Positions 12,020 to 24,699 of a stretch of DNA of 64,000 bases are shown in pieces (the stretch's first letter is position 1; every line of letters starts with the position of its first letter). Location: assembly GCF_020745735.1 (NCBI RefSeq), contig NC_083410.1, forward strand, positions 3,384,117 through 3,448,116, written 5' to 3'. The DNA is from Hemiscyllium ocellatum (Eukaryota). Below the pieces are notes generated by a model. The model saw only the letters and a list, made by a program, of their open reading frames with translations. It ran no database searches and was not told the origin of the DNA. The position numbers and the translations under genes are program-made.

Positions 12020-15000
12020 ACATACACTATTCCATTATCATCCATATATTTAACCACTGACCATTTAAATGCCCTTAAAGTTGACGAGTCTCCTACTAAT
12101 GAAGCAGGTCATTCTACACCCTTACTACTCTCTGAGTAAAAAAACAACCTCTGACATCTGTCCAATATATAACACCTCTCAGTTTGAAGCTATTCCTCAT
12201 GTTCTAGCTGTCACAATCTGAGGTAAAAGGCTCTCTCTGTCTGCTCTATTTCATCCTCTGATCATCGTATATGCCTCTGTCAAGTCGTCTCTGAACTTAC
12301 TTCTCTCGAACGAGAACATCTTCAAGTGCCTCAGCCCTTCCTCATATGACCTTCTCTCCATAGCAGGCAACATCCTGATAAATCTCCTCTGAACTCTTTC
12401 CAGTACTTCCAATCTTTCCTAAAATGCTGTGGCCAGAACTACACGGAATAGTCCAAGTGAGGCCACACCAGAGTTTTGTGCAGCAGCAACATGACCTAAT
12501 GGCTCTGAAACTCATTGCCTCTTCAAATAAAACAAACACACTGTACACCTTCTTAACAACTCTATCAACCTGACTGGCAACTTTCAGGGATCTATGCAGA
12601 TGGACACTGACATCTTTCTGGGTAAAAACAAAGACGGCAGATGCTGGAAACCAGAATCTAGATTAGAATGGCACTGGAAAAGCAAAAATGATAAAGGGCT
12701 TTTGCCTGAAACATTAATTTTCCTGCTCCTTGGATGTTGCCTGACCTGCTGTGTTTTTCCAGCATTACTCTAATCTAGACACTGAGAGCTTTCTGCTCAT
12801 CAACACAATCAATAATCTTAGCATTAGCCCAGTACTCTGTATTCCTGTTACTGCTTCCAAAGTGTATCACCTCACACTTGTCCACATTAAACTCCATTTA
12901 CCACCTCTCATACCAGCTCTGAAGCTTATCTATATCCCTCTGTAACCTACAACATCCTTCTGCACTGTCCACAACTCCACCGACTTTAGTGTCATTTGCA
13001 AAGTTACTCCCTTCTTTCTATGCCCTCATCCAGGTGATTTATAAAAATGCCAACAGATCCTTGCAGTACCCCACTAGTACTGAACTCCAGGATAAACATT
13101 TCCTATCAACGACTATCCTCTGTCTTTTTTCAGAATGCTATTTTCTGATCCAAACCACAAAATCATCCTTAATCGCTTCCTTTCTTGAACAAGGGGACAA
13201 CATTTGCTATCTTCCAGTCTTCTGACAATATTCCTGACAACAATAACGACATAAATGCATAGATCCCTGAAAGTTGCCAGCCAGGTTGATAGGGTTGTTA
13301 AGAAGGTGTATGGTGTGTTACTTTTATTTGAAGAGGTCATTATTCAGAGTCATTAGATCTCTTTATGCAGAGAGTGGTAAGGACGTGGAATGCCCTACCT
13401 GCTAAGGTAGTCAACTCAGCCACATTAGGGAGTTTTAAATAATGCTTAGATCATTTTGGGATAGTGTAGGTGGAACGAGCTGAGAATAGTCCACAGGTGA
13501 ACGCAACATCGAGTTCTGAAGGGCCTGTTCTGCGCTGTATTGTTCTATGTTCTACGTTCTAAACATCAATCCCAAAGGCTCTGCAATCTCCTCCCTGGCT
13601 TCCCAGAGAATCCTAAGGTAAATCCCATCTAGCCCAGGGACCTTATCTATTCTCACACTTTCTAGAATTGTTAACACCTCTTGTGAATTTCAATCCCATC
13701 TAGTCTAGTAGCCTGTATCTCAGTATTCTCCTTGACAACATTGTCTTTTTCCTATGTGATTACTGATGAAAAATATTCATTCAGAACCTTTCCTATCTCT
13801 TCAGTCTCCATGCAGAACTTCCCACTACTCTCCTTGACAGGTCCAAATCTTACTCTAGTCATTCGTTTATTCCTGACATAGCTATATAAAGTTTTAGTGT
13901 TTTCCTTGATCCGACCTGCCAAAGCCTTCTCATGTCCTCTCGTGGCTCTTCTTAGCTCTCTGTTTCAGTCCTTCCTGGCTAACTTGTAACACTCAAGTGC
14001 CCTAACTGAGCCTTCATCTCTCATCTTTACATAAGTCTCTTTCTTTCTCTTGACAAGAGATTCAACTTCTTTACTAAACCACAGCTCCCTTGCTTGACCA
14101 CTTCCTCCCTGCCTGACAGGTACATATTTATCAAGGACACACAGTAGCTGTTCCTTGAACAAGCTCCACATTTCAATTCTACCCATTCTCTGCAGCTTCC
14201 TTTCCCATCCTATGCATCCAAAATCTGCCTTATCACATCATATTTGCCATTCCCCCAACTTTAGCTCTATAACTCTTGCACTGTGTTCTGTACCTGTGGT
14301 CACTATCACCAAAGAGACAAAGACAAAGGAGCATATGAATAGGAGTAGACCATTAAGCCCAATAATTCAATCATGATTAGTCATTTTCCTCAATGTCACT
14401 TTCCTTCATTATCTCCCATCTATCCTGATTCATTGGTCTCCAGAAACCTCTCAGCTCCTCTCTTGAACATACTCAATGATTGAGGTCCTCTATCCCTCTG
14501 GAGTAGGAAATTCCACAGATTCCCCACCTTCTGGGTGGATAAATTCCTCCTCAACCAGTTTCAATTGTACGACTCCTTTTCCTGTGATAATGTCCCATGG
14601 ATCTTGACTCACCAGCCAAGGGAAACATTGCTACCAACATCCACACTGTCGTGCCCCTTGAAACGTATTGAAAGTTTCAATTTAATCACTTCTGATTTTT
14701 CAAACAGAGACCATACAGGCCAGTTTCTTCAGTCTCTCCCATCCAACAAACCCACTATCCTAGAGATTAGTCTGCTGACCCTCCATACAACTCCCTCGAT
14801 GGTAAGCCTGTGCTTCCTTACATTTGGGGACAAACTGTCCACCATACAGGTGTGCTCTCCCCATTACTTTGTCCAACTGCAGCAAGACATCCTCACTCTG
14901 GACCTAATCCTCTTGTCATGAAGACCAGCATTTGCCTTCCTTATTGACTGGTGCAGCATCATGCTGACTTTTAATGAATCTTGGACAAGGAATCCTAGGT

Positions 15001-15330
15001 CCCTTTGGACACCAACAATTCCTAAACTCTCACTATTTAAATATATTCTGCTTTCTTGTTTTCTTAGGTAAAGTAGCTATTTTCACAATTTTTCACAGTA
15101 CATTTCATCTGCCTTGTCCTTTCCCATTCACTGAGCCTGGCTACTTGATGTATCTTCCTCACAGCTTCCAATCTTACCTACTTTTTATACCATCAGAAAG
15201 TTTGGAACCATTTCAATTGGGACCCTCATCCAAACCATTTCTCCAGCTGTTGAACACTGTGGGCCTTGCACTGAGCCATGCAGTACACCATAAGGAACAG
15301 TCTGTCTTCATGTGAGACACCCTTTTACTC
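12020..15330 (-). mobile_element. Mosaic of decayed CR1 fragments with a small Penelope-terminal palindrome at about 12620-12780
   Basis: CR1 RT and C-terminal remnants (LLCVLDKYVPVRQGG; KTLCGLTWT), including an inverted 3' end at about 13260-13560. Confidence 0.75.
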
Positions 15331-15369
15331 CTACTCTTTGTTTTCATTCATCTTCCTTAATTTTAAAAA

Positions 15370-15950
15370 TTCTTTTGTGGGATTTGGGCATTGCTGACTG
15401 GGCCAGCATTGACAGGCCATTCCTAGTTGACCCTTAAGCAGATGGTGGTGAGCTGCCTTCTTAAATTGCTGCAGCCCACTTGCTGTGGATTGACTCACAA
15501 TGCCAATAGGGAAGGATTTTGACCCAATGACTGTGAAGGAATGGCAATATATTTCCACATCAGGGTGGTGAGTGGCTTGGAGGGGAACTTGCAGGTGGTG
15601 GTGTTTCCAAGTACCTGCTGCCCTTGTCCTTCTGGGTGGAAGTAGTTGCGGGTTTGGAAGATGCATTTTAAGGATCTTTGGTGAATTTCTGCAGTGCATC
15701 TTGTAGATGGTACACATTGCTGCTACTGAGTGGTGGTGGTGGAGGGATTGAATATTTGTAGATATGGTGCCAATCAAGCTGGTTGCTTTGTCCTGGATGG
15801 TGTGAAGCTTCTTGAGTATTGTTGGAGCTGCATCAATTCAGGCAAGTGGGGAGTGTCCCATCATACTCCTGACTTGTGCCTTGTAGATGGTGACAGGCTT
15901 TGGACTGTCAGGAGTTGAGTTATTCTTTGTAGTATCCCCAGACTGTAACC
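15370..15950 (-). mobile_element. L2/Crack-like LINE 3' fragment; related pieces at about 16200-16320, 27260-27530, 41620-42300, 57820-57920 and 58700-58890
   Basis: QSLHHHHSVAAMCTIYKMHCRNSP...RRTRAAG motif and a recurrent GGGCAATAAATGCTGGC 3' end. Clade assignment tentative. Confidence 0.6.
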
Positions 15951-17368
15951 TGCTCTTTATTCACTGTGTTTATGGAGTGAGTCTAGTTGAGTTTCTGGTC
16001 AATGATAATGCAAAGGATGTTCCCATTATACTTTATCTGTCATGCATTTGCCCACTCACTCAGACTGTCCAAATCACACTGCAGCGTCTATATGTTTTCC
16101 TCACAGCTCACCTTCCCATTAGCTTTCTGTCACCTGCAAACTTAGAGATTTTAAATTCAATTCACTTTTCTAAATCATAAGTTGATATTGTGAATAGAAC
16201 ATCATCCAGAACAAAGCAACCTGCTTGATTGGCATTATATCTACAAATATTCAATCCCTCCACCACCACCACTCAGCAGCAGCAGTAATATGTACTATCT
16301 AAAAGGTGCATTGCAGACATTCACCAAAGATCCCTGTGGCACCCCACTAATCATGGTCTGTCCCTCAGACAATGACCCATTTATCATGAATCTTTGCTCC
16401 TTGTTTGCCAATCAGTTCTCAATCCATTTCATTGCACTATTCCAACCTCAACAGGCCTTAATATTTCATGTTAATCACTTCTGTGGCTCCTTATCAAAAG
16501 TCTTCTCAATGTAACTTAGTGTTCACAGCAAAAAATAACAAATGTGAATTGAAGTGATGAGGAGGCAAGTAACTCATTGAAGTCCTGGTCTACATTGATG
16601 CAACTGAACTGTGTTTCCCTGATTTTTTCAAATCTTTTTCTTCCCTTAAGAGCCATGTCTGGTCTGTCTTGTGTGATTGCCTTCATGTGGGAGAGCTAAA
16701 ACTAGTTATAAATTGTTTCTATTTTGCATTGGTGAAAACAAACAGTTTGCAATCAGTTTAAGTTTATCTTGCTCAGTTCAGTAACCTGGTTTGTGTTTAC
16801 ATTTACCCTGAGTTTCATGGTCAGGCAAATTGGGGACTTTGGAATGTTTGAATAAATCTTCCCCCATTGTGACAACTCGTGGAATAGTGGACTTGATTTC
16901 CCGAGAGTCATGACAATGTGGAATTTTAAATTACGCATGTTGTCATTACACCTTCCATGTATTTGGAAATAATCTGGGATGAGGATCCATTGTCATGATA
17001 ATTGTTGCAGAGATTGTAACCACCACTGTATAATTCTCAGGGTAGATTCACTGACAGCAAATCATACATAAAAAATTTTTCAGATTCACTTCATGGAAAC
17101 CCACTCAGTAATGTCTGTTCACCAAAGGGTTAAGAGAAAGTTAGAAAAAAGCATTGAAAGCCAAGAAATTGAATCAGGAACGTGTTCAAACTGCTGTCCC
17201 CCATCTCATGCTAGAGAACCATGTTGAACTTCCTTTTCACTGGCAGCTTAATTTCTTTAACTTCTGAGAATTAATGATTAACAAAGCTGCAATTGGCTCA
17301 GACACTTTAAATTATTAACTGGACATACAATAAATTGTATGGAGAAACAGGGTTGCCAGCCTGTTGAG

Positions 17369-17420
17369 ATGATCAGTGGAACTCTATTTGCTGTGATCCT
17401 GTTCCTCTGTGTTACTTTTG
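17369..17420 (+). CDS. Signal-peptide (leader) exon of multi-VJ IgSF gene B: MISGTLFAVILFLCVTF-G
   Basis: ATG plus 17 codons plus 1 nt, ending at a phase-1 donor G|GTAAGC. Hydrophobic core. Same length and phase in two paralogs. Phase matches the downstream V exons. Confidence 0.8.
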
Positions 17421-18299
17421 GTAAGCGTTTGCTTTGGATAAGTTTAACTCGCTATAAAAGACCTCTCTATGGTTTGTGCTGCTACGGAATTTGTGTGAAT
17501 TCTATAAGTTTGAACGTTGAGAACTGGAGGGGAGAGTCACAAGGAGAATTTGTCACTGTCTGGGGATTTTTTGGTGCAGCTGACACAGAGCTCCACAGGC
17601 TGGGAACACAGACCAGAAAATGAAGCATTCCTTCCATCTTTTTCTGTTATTTATTTACTGGGAGAATGGGATTGAGGGACAGGCTGCTCCATTAGGGCGT
17701 GGAATTGGAGTGCATTAGATTAGTGTTCACTGGGTCTCGTTAGGGTAGATTGAAAGACAACTTCCTTTATTACAAAATTGGTGAAATTACAGCTTTGTGA
17801 TTCAGAGTGAATTTCACCAATGGACCGATGCTGACACTCACATTAATTCTCTATTCTCAAGCTGCATCCTCACACTCACTGAGAGTGTAGAGTCCCCTGT
17901 GCTTCCACCATTTCCCAGCTGTTAAATGGACAGATAATAATGTGGAACAAATTGGGGGTTTCACCATCTACGGAACGAAGAGAGGGAAACTGCAGGAAAT
18001 GTGATTTTGATAATTTGGCTGAGATATGATTGCCTTTTTTGAACAACAGCTGCAAACTGAGCCCAGTAAATGGAAAAAAAGAAGCAACATTTGCTGAACA
18101 GAGTGGAATCGCATTTTTCCCAAAATCACAGGAATGTTCTGAAGCAGGAGGAAGCCATTGGCCCCATTGTACCTGCACCAGCTCTCTGACCACTTTAACT
18201 TAGTGCCAATGCTTGCCTTTGCCCCACCATCCTGCACATTGTTTATATTTAAACAAACATCCAATGGCCTGTTAAATGCCAAAATTGGACTTTAAGGCC

Positions 18300-20575
18300 A
18301 GAGGAGATAGGAGCACAATTATGCCATTCAGCTCATTGTGTTGTTTCTGCCATTCATTGAGATCGTGGCTGTCCTGATCTTCCCCATGCCTACTTTCTTG
18401 CCTTTTCCTATAAACCTGGATTCTATTTCTGATTAAAAATCTGTTGCTATCCGACTCTAAGTTACTTCAGGACTCAGTCTCAACAGCCCTCTGTGGTAAA
18501 GAATTCCTCAGATTCACTTCCTCTGAGAGATGGAATTCCCCCTCATCTCCATCTTAAATTGCAGACCCATTCCTATGAGCTTTAGCCCTCTGGTCACAGA
18601 CACTCCCACAAAAGAAAGCAACCTCATCACCATATTCACTCTGTCAAGGCCAAAGAGACTGAGATGTTTCAAATCTTCTTTTCATTCCAAACTCCAATCA
18701 GGGCAAGCCCCTTCCCTGGGATGGAGAAAAGGATTCATGTCAATATATTCAGGAAGTAATAGCCGAACATTTGGAAAATCATAGTCTAATCAAGCAGAGT
18801 CAGTGTGGATTCATGAAAAGGAAATTATGTCTGACTAATTTAGTTGAGTTTTTCAAGAATGTCTCACCTAGATTGGAGAGAGTGGAACCAGTAAATGTTT
18901 TGTGTTTGGACTTCCAGGAGGGATTTGTTCCGGAGGTTACAAAAGGCAAATTCATTTGATAAGAATCCACAATATTGGAGACAGCATACTATTGTGGCCA
19001 GAGAAATGGCTCAGGGGAGGAAACAGTGAAAAGGGATAAGGGGTTCATTTTCAGGTTGTGAACAGTGACCAGTGGGGTTCCACAGGGATTAGTGCTGGGA
19101 CTACATCTGTTTATAATTTATATTAATGTAGGAATATTTGCAGATAACACAAAAATAAATGAAAAGGCGGTTTGTGAGAGAGACACAAACAGTTTACAGA
19201 GATATTGATCATTTTATGAATGTGTGCAAAAAGCTGGCAAATGGAGTATAATGTGTGAAAACGAGAAGTTGTTCATTTGAGAAGGGAGTAAAAAAGAACA
19301 GAATATTATCTAAATGGAGAGAAATTGCAGAAAACTGCAACACAAAGGGATTTGGGTAAACTTGTGCACAAAACTCAGAAAGTTAGCACACAGGGGGGGT
19401 TAACAGGTAATCAGGAAGGCTAATGGAATGTTGGCCCTTATTTAAGGGAGTTGAAGTATAAGAGTCAGGAAGTTTTACTGCAACTGGACAAGGTGATGGT
19501 GGGACCACATCAGGTGTACTGTCAGCAGTTTGGTTCACCTTATTTAAAGAAAGATTTACTTCATTGGAGGCAGTTCAGAAAAGGTTCACAAGAATGGTCC
19601 CTGATATGGAGGGATTGTCTTATGAGCAAAGGCTGAACAGGTTGGAACTCTACTCACTGAGTTTAGAAGAATGAGAGATGATTTTTTTGAAGTGTACAGG
19701 ATTCTTAAGGGGCTTGACAGTGTAAATGTAGAGGGGATGTTTCCTTCATGGGAGAGTCTCAGGTGAGAGGCCACTGTCTCAGAATTAAGGGGCACCAGTT
19801 TAAGACTGAGATGAGGAAGAATGTCTTCTCTCACAGGATTGTGAGCCTTTGGGTTCCTTGCTCCAGAGAGCTGTGGGAACAGAGTCCTTCTGTATGTTTA
19901 AGACTGAGATTGATAACTTCATGATCAGTTTCCATGAATGTGTAGAAAAGTGGATGTGAGGAATGTTTTGTTCAGCTGAGGACCTTGGAGTGCTGGTACA
20001 TAATTCTTTGAAGTTTGCATTGCGTGTAAACAGGTTGGTTTAAAAAAAAATCATATTTGCCTTCATTGTTTCATCCTTTGATTATAGGAGTTGGGACAAC
20101 AGTGAGGCCTCTTCTAGAATACTGTGTCCAATTCTGGTCACCCAGTTATAGGAAGTATATTGCTAAACTGGAGATGGTTCTGAAGTGATTTACCACAATG
20201 CTGTTGGCTAATGAAATGCTGTGTTACAAAGAAAATCTGAATTAGTTGGGACTTTTCTCACTGGAGCATAAGTAGTTGGGAGGCCACTTGATAGAAAGTT
20301 ATAAAATAAAGAGAGATATTGTAAGGGTTAATGGAAGATATCTTTTCCTGAGCATGAGGGATCTCTAGACTAGGGAGCCAATTTTTAAGGCAAAAGTACA
20401 GAGATTTTAAAAAGATATGATGGGCAAATTTTTTGCAGAGAGGGAATTTCGAGGGTGGAATGAAAGAGCAGAGGAAGAGTTGGATATGGGTACAATTGCA
20501 ATGTTTAAAAAAGTTTGGTTAAGTGTATGAACAGGAAAGGTTTGGAGGGATATTGGCACTAGTTTTGTTGGGATT
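18300..20575. mobile_element. Stack of degenerate CR1 fragments in intron 1 of gene B
   Basis: QSQCGFMKRKLCLTNLVEFF, MKYKSQEVLLQL and CR1 3' ends in both orientations. Confidence 0.8.
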
Positions 20576-20577
20576 AT

Positions 20578-22058
20578 TGATGACTGCATTGGCGCCACCT
20601 CGTGCTCCCATGAGGAGGTTGAGCAATTCATCAACTTCACCAACACATTCCACTCTGAACTTAAATTTACCTGGACCAACTCTGACACCTCTCTCCCCTT
20701 CCTGGACCTCTCCATCTCCAATAATGATGACTGACTTGATGCTGACATTTTTTACAAACCCACCAACTCCCATAGCTACCTGGATTACACTGTTTCCCAC
20801 CCTACCTCCTGCAAAAATGCCATCTCGTATTCCCAATTCCTCCACCTCCGCCGTATCGGCTCCCAGGAGGACGAGTTCCACCACAGAACACACCAGATGG
20901 CCTCCTTCTTTAGAGACCGCAATTTCCCTTCCCACGTGGTTAAAGATGCCCTCCAATGCAACTTGGCCACATCTCGCACCTCCGCCCTCAGACTCCACCC
21001 CTCCAACCGTAACAAGGACAGAACCCCCCTGGTGCTCACATTCCACCCTACCAACCTTCGCATAAAGTAAATCATCCGATGACATTTACGCCACCTTCAA
21101 ATGGACCCGATCACCAGGGATATCTTTCCCTCCCCACCCCTTTCCACCTTCGGCAAAGACCATTCCCTCTGTGACTGCCTGGTCAGGTCCACGCCCCCCC
21201 AACAACCCACGCTCCCCTCCTGGCACCTTCCCCTGCCACCCAGGAATTGCAAAACCTGCTCCCACACCTCCTCCCTCACCTCCATCCAAGGCCCCAAAGG
21301 AGCCTTCGACATCCATCAGAGTTTTACCTGTACATCCACCAGTATCATTTATTGTATCCGTTGCTCCCGATGCGGTCTCCTCTACATTGGGGAGACTGGA
21401 CGCCTCCTAGCAGAGCATTTTAGGCAACATCTCTGAGACACCCACACCAATCAACCACACTGCCCTGGGGCCCAACATTTCAACTCCCCCTCCCACTCTG
21501 CCAAGGACATGGAGGTCCTGGGCCTCCTTCACTGCCGATCCCTCACCACCGGATGCCTGGAGGAAGAACGCCTCATCTTCTACCTCAGAACACTTAAACC
21601 CCAGGGCATCAATGTGGACTTCACCAGTTTCCTCATATCCCCTTCCCCCACCTCATCCCAGTTCCAAACTTCCAGCTCAGCACTGTCCCCATGACCTGTC
21701 CTATCTGCTTATCTTCCTTTCCACCTATCCACTCCACCCTGCTCTCTGACCTATCACCTTTATCCCACACCCATTCACCCACTGTACTCTTTGCTACCTT
21801 TCCCCACCCTCCTCCCTGACTTATCACCTTCACCCCCACCCCCACTCAGCTATTGTACTCTATGCTACTTTATCTGCACCCCACCCTCTTCTCATTTATC
21901 TCTCCACCCTTCAGGCACTCTGCCTTTTTCCTGATGAAGGGCTTTTGCGCGAAATGTCGATTCCCCTGCTCCTCGGATGCTGCCTGAACTGCTGTGCTTT
22001 CCCAGTTCCACTCTAATCCAGAATCTGGTTTCCAGCATCTGCAGTCATTGTTCTTGCC
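20578..22058 (+). mobile_element. 5'-truncated Penelope retroelement (RT C-terminus plus GIY-YIG endonuclease)
   Basis: IDDCIGATSCSHEEVEQFINFTNTFH RT segment, IYCIRCSRCGLLYIGETGR GIY-YIG, terminal CTGATGAAGGG...GAAATGTCGA. Flanked by a GGGATTAT duplication inside a CR1 tail. Confidence 0.9.
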
Positions 22059-22736
22059 TTGTTTGGGATTATGTTCACCATGGACCGTTTGGACCTAAGG
22101 ATCTGATTCTGTGCTGTGTGACACTGTGACTCGATGGCTCCATTGAATGATGGACAGGCTCATAGGGCTGAATGGCCCACTCCTGGTCTAATTCCTCTGA
22201 TCAACTTACTCAATAATTTCTACACTACCCAAAAAAAATCAATATTGCATATTACAATATTATATTCTATTTGCCACATTTTGTCACTCACTTCACGTGT
22301 GACTCTCTCTTTGCAGGTTCTTCATCTCCTCTTGACACCTCACTTTCCTCCTTATCTTGGTGTCATCACCACATTGATCCCCCATCCAGAATCAGAGATT
22401 GCTGTGCTGGAGTCTCTCATTCTTCACCCTTCATATCCGTGCTGCATCTCCTCCTCCATCTCCCCTGAAGTGGGATGGAATATTGCTGGACAATGGACAC
22501 AACATTCCAGTGGGACCCACCCTGACTCACTAACTGAGCTGTAGGTACCTTAGACTGACTATGAGACCATCACTGGCTCCATGTTATCTACTCGGAGCTG
22601 GAGGCGCACACCTTGTGACCCTCACATTTGTCTTCAATCTGCCTTGCTTATCCCATTTCCCTCAGCCATGCCGTAGGTGTAGGAAAGACCAAATAATCAG
22701 ACTGTTGTTTATTTATTGGTATTTTGTATTTTGAAG

Positions 22737-23081
22737 GTGCAAATGTGTCAGTCTTTCTCCAGTCTCCCAGCCTGGAACGGGTCACCAAAGGTCACACTGC
22801 CCGGTTACGATGCACCATGAGGAATGCTGCAGTGACACACATCGATGTACACTGGTATCGGTTGGAAAGACGGATTGAGGTGGTCTGGATTTTAACATAT
22901 GATGTGAAGAACATCACACAATGGTACCCAGGATTCACTGAACGTTTCCAGCCTTCCAGAGACCCCTCCAGTAACAGCTTCATTCTGACCATCTCAAACG
23001 TGAGGCCCAGAGATACTGGGGTCTACTACTGTGTGGTTTCGGGTAATGTCCCCGGTAGAGGGAGCCAGCTCATTGTAGACA
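22737..23081 (+). CDS. V1: germline-joined VJ-type Ig domain exon (GANVSVFLQSPSL...C...W...DTGVYYCVVSGNVPGRGSQLIVD)
   Basis: Acceptor ttttgaag|GT and donor A|GTAAGT, 345 nt, open frame. Canonical Cys-Trp-Cys, D-x-G-x-YYC and G-x-G J-like motif in one exon. Confidence 0.9.
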
Positions 23082-24444
23082 GTAAGTAGAGTTTACACGG
23101 CAATCATCACCAGCAAGAACCTTTGAATGAATTGAAGATCAGGTTGTTTTCAAGAAGTTTGAGGAGATGATGCAGAGTGTCCTCAGGGATGGATTCACTG
23201 CAGGGAGGAAGCTGAGCTCAGGTTCAATGTTGGTGAATGGTGAGAGATAAGAGATATTTTTGCGGCAATGGGAGGAGAATCTTGTGGGAAACGTGGAGCT
23301 TTCTCCTGAAGAATGAGTGACATTAATTCCATCCAACTCACAAGAGCGTCAGTGCCATCGGCTGGATGTGCAAAGTCAGGGAGATTGCTCTGTGAGATGC
23401 CACATCTGCAAGAGAATCTCCCAGGGATTAGGAATGAACTGTAGAGCACAAAGGGGCATACACATCCAGATTAAAGAGAACAACTCCACATCATGTATGG
23501 CGCAAGGGAAGGAACCCGACCTCCATGAGCTCCCGCAGCTGAGACTAGGTTTGAAGCTGAGACAGAGCCGTTGATTGATGGAGCAGAGAAGAGGCTCTTC
23601 AGCCCATTGAATATTTTCCCAAATCCCATCAAAACCTCCTGATTTTCACTTTAAAACTGTACATCTCATTATTGATTTTTTAATTAAATGAAAACATACG
23701 CTTTCAATCCACAGTGTCCATATCCCTCATTACATTATACTCCTCAGTCAGGTCATCCCTCAACCTTTTCACTCCAGAGAAAACACTGCAAGTGTATCCA
23801 GCCTCTCCTCATGGCTGAAGTGCTCCATCCCAGGCAGTATCCTCTCTACTCCTTCCAGTGCAATTACATCACAGGGAGAAGGAACCGCGAGGAGCAAGGA
23901 ACCTCCGGTGGGAACAAGGAATGGGAGTGGTCTGAGGCTGGCAGCTGTAATCATTGCTCTTTATTCAAGCAATGTCACTGTAACCTCAGCCCCTGCTGTG
24001 CCTTCTGGTCCTTATTTAAAGGAGGTTAGCCAATCAGAGTTAGGAAGTCTTACTGCAGTGCTACAAGGCGCTGGTGAGACCACATCTTGGGCACAGTGAG
24101 CTGTTTTGTTCCTCTTTTTAAGGAAAGAAATTATTTCACTAGTGGAGATCAGAGAAGGCTCACTGGGATGATCCTGGCACCAAGGGATTGTCCTACAAGC
24201 AATGGCTGAACAGGATTAGCACCATTTGCAGTTTCTCAGATACTGAAACAGTTTACGCTCAAATTAAACAAGATTGAGAAAATATCTAGGCTTGCGCTGA
24301 CAAGGGGAAAGTAACATTCATGCCAGACAATGCCAGGTTCCAATAATACAAAATTTAACTACCACCCCCTGCCGTTCAGAGAGGATTGCTATCACTGAAT
24401 TCACCACTTTCACTATCCTTGAGGTTACCAATGACCAGAAACTG

Positions 24445-24680
24445 TGGGAGTTTGCACATTCTCCCCGTGTCTGCATGGGTTTCCTCTGGGTGCTCCGGTT
24501 TCCTCCCACAGTCCAAAGATGTGCATGTCAGATGAATTGGCCATGCTAAATTGTCCATACGCGAGGTACATTAGTCAGAGGGAAATGGGTCTGGGTGGGT
24601 TATCCTTCAGAGGGTCGGTGTGGACTGGTTAGGCCTAAGGGCCTGTTTCTGCACTGTAGGGAATCTAATCTAATCTAATA
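24445..24680 (+). mobile_element. HE1-like SINE (5'-truncated)
   Basis: GAGTTTGCACATTCTCCCCGTGTCTGCATGGGTTTCC core and (AATCT)n tail. Confidence 0.85.
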
Positions 24681-24699
24681 TAAGCACATTGGCTAGAAC

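Noticed and set aside
20407-21410. Overlapping Pro-rich and antisense ORFs
   Set aside because: Alternative frames of the C-rich Penelope RT/GIY-YIG region.
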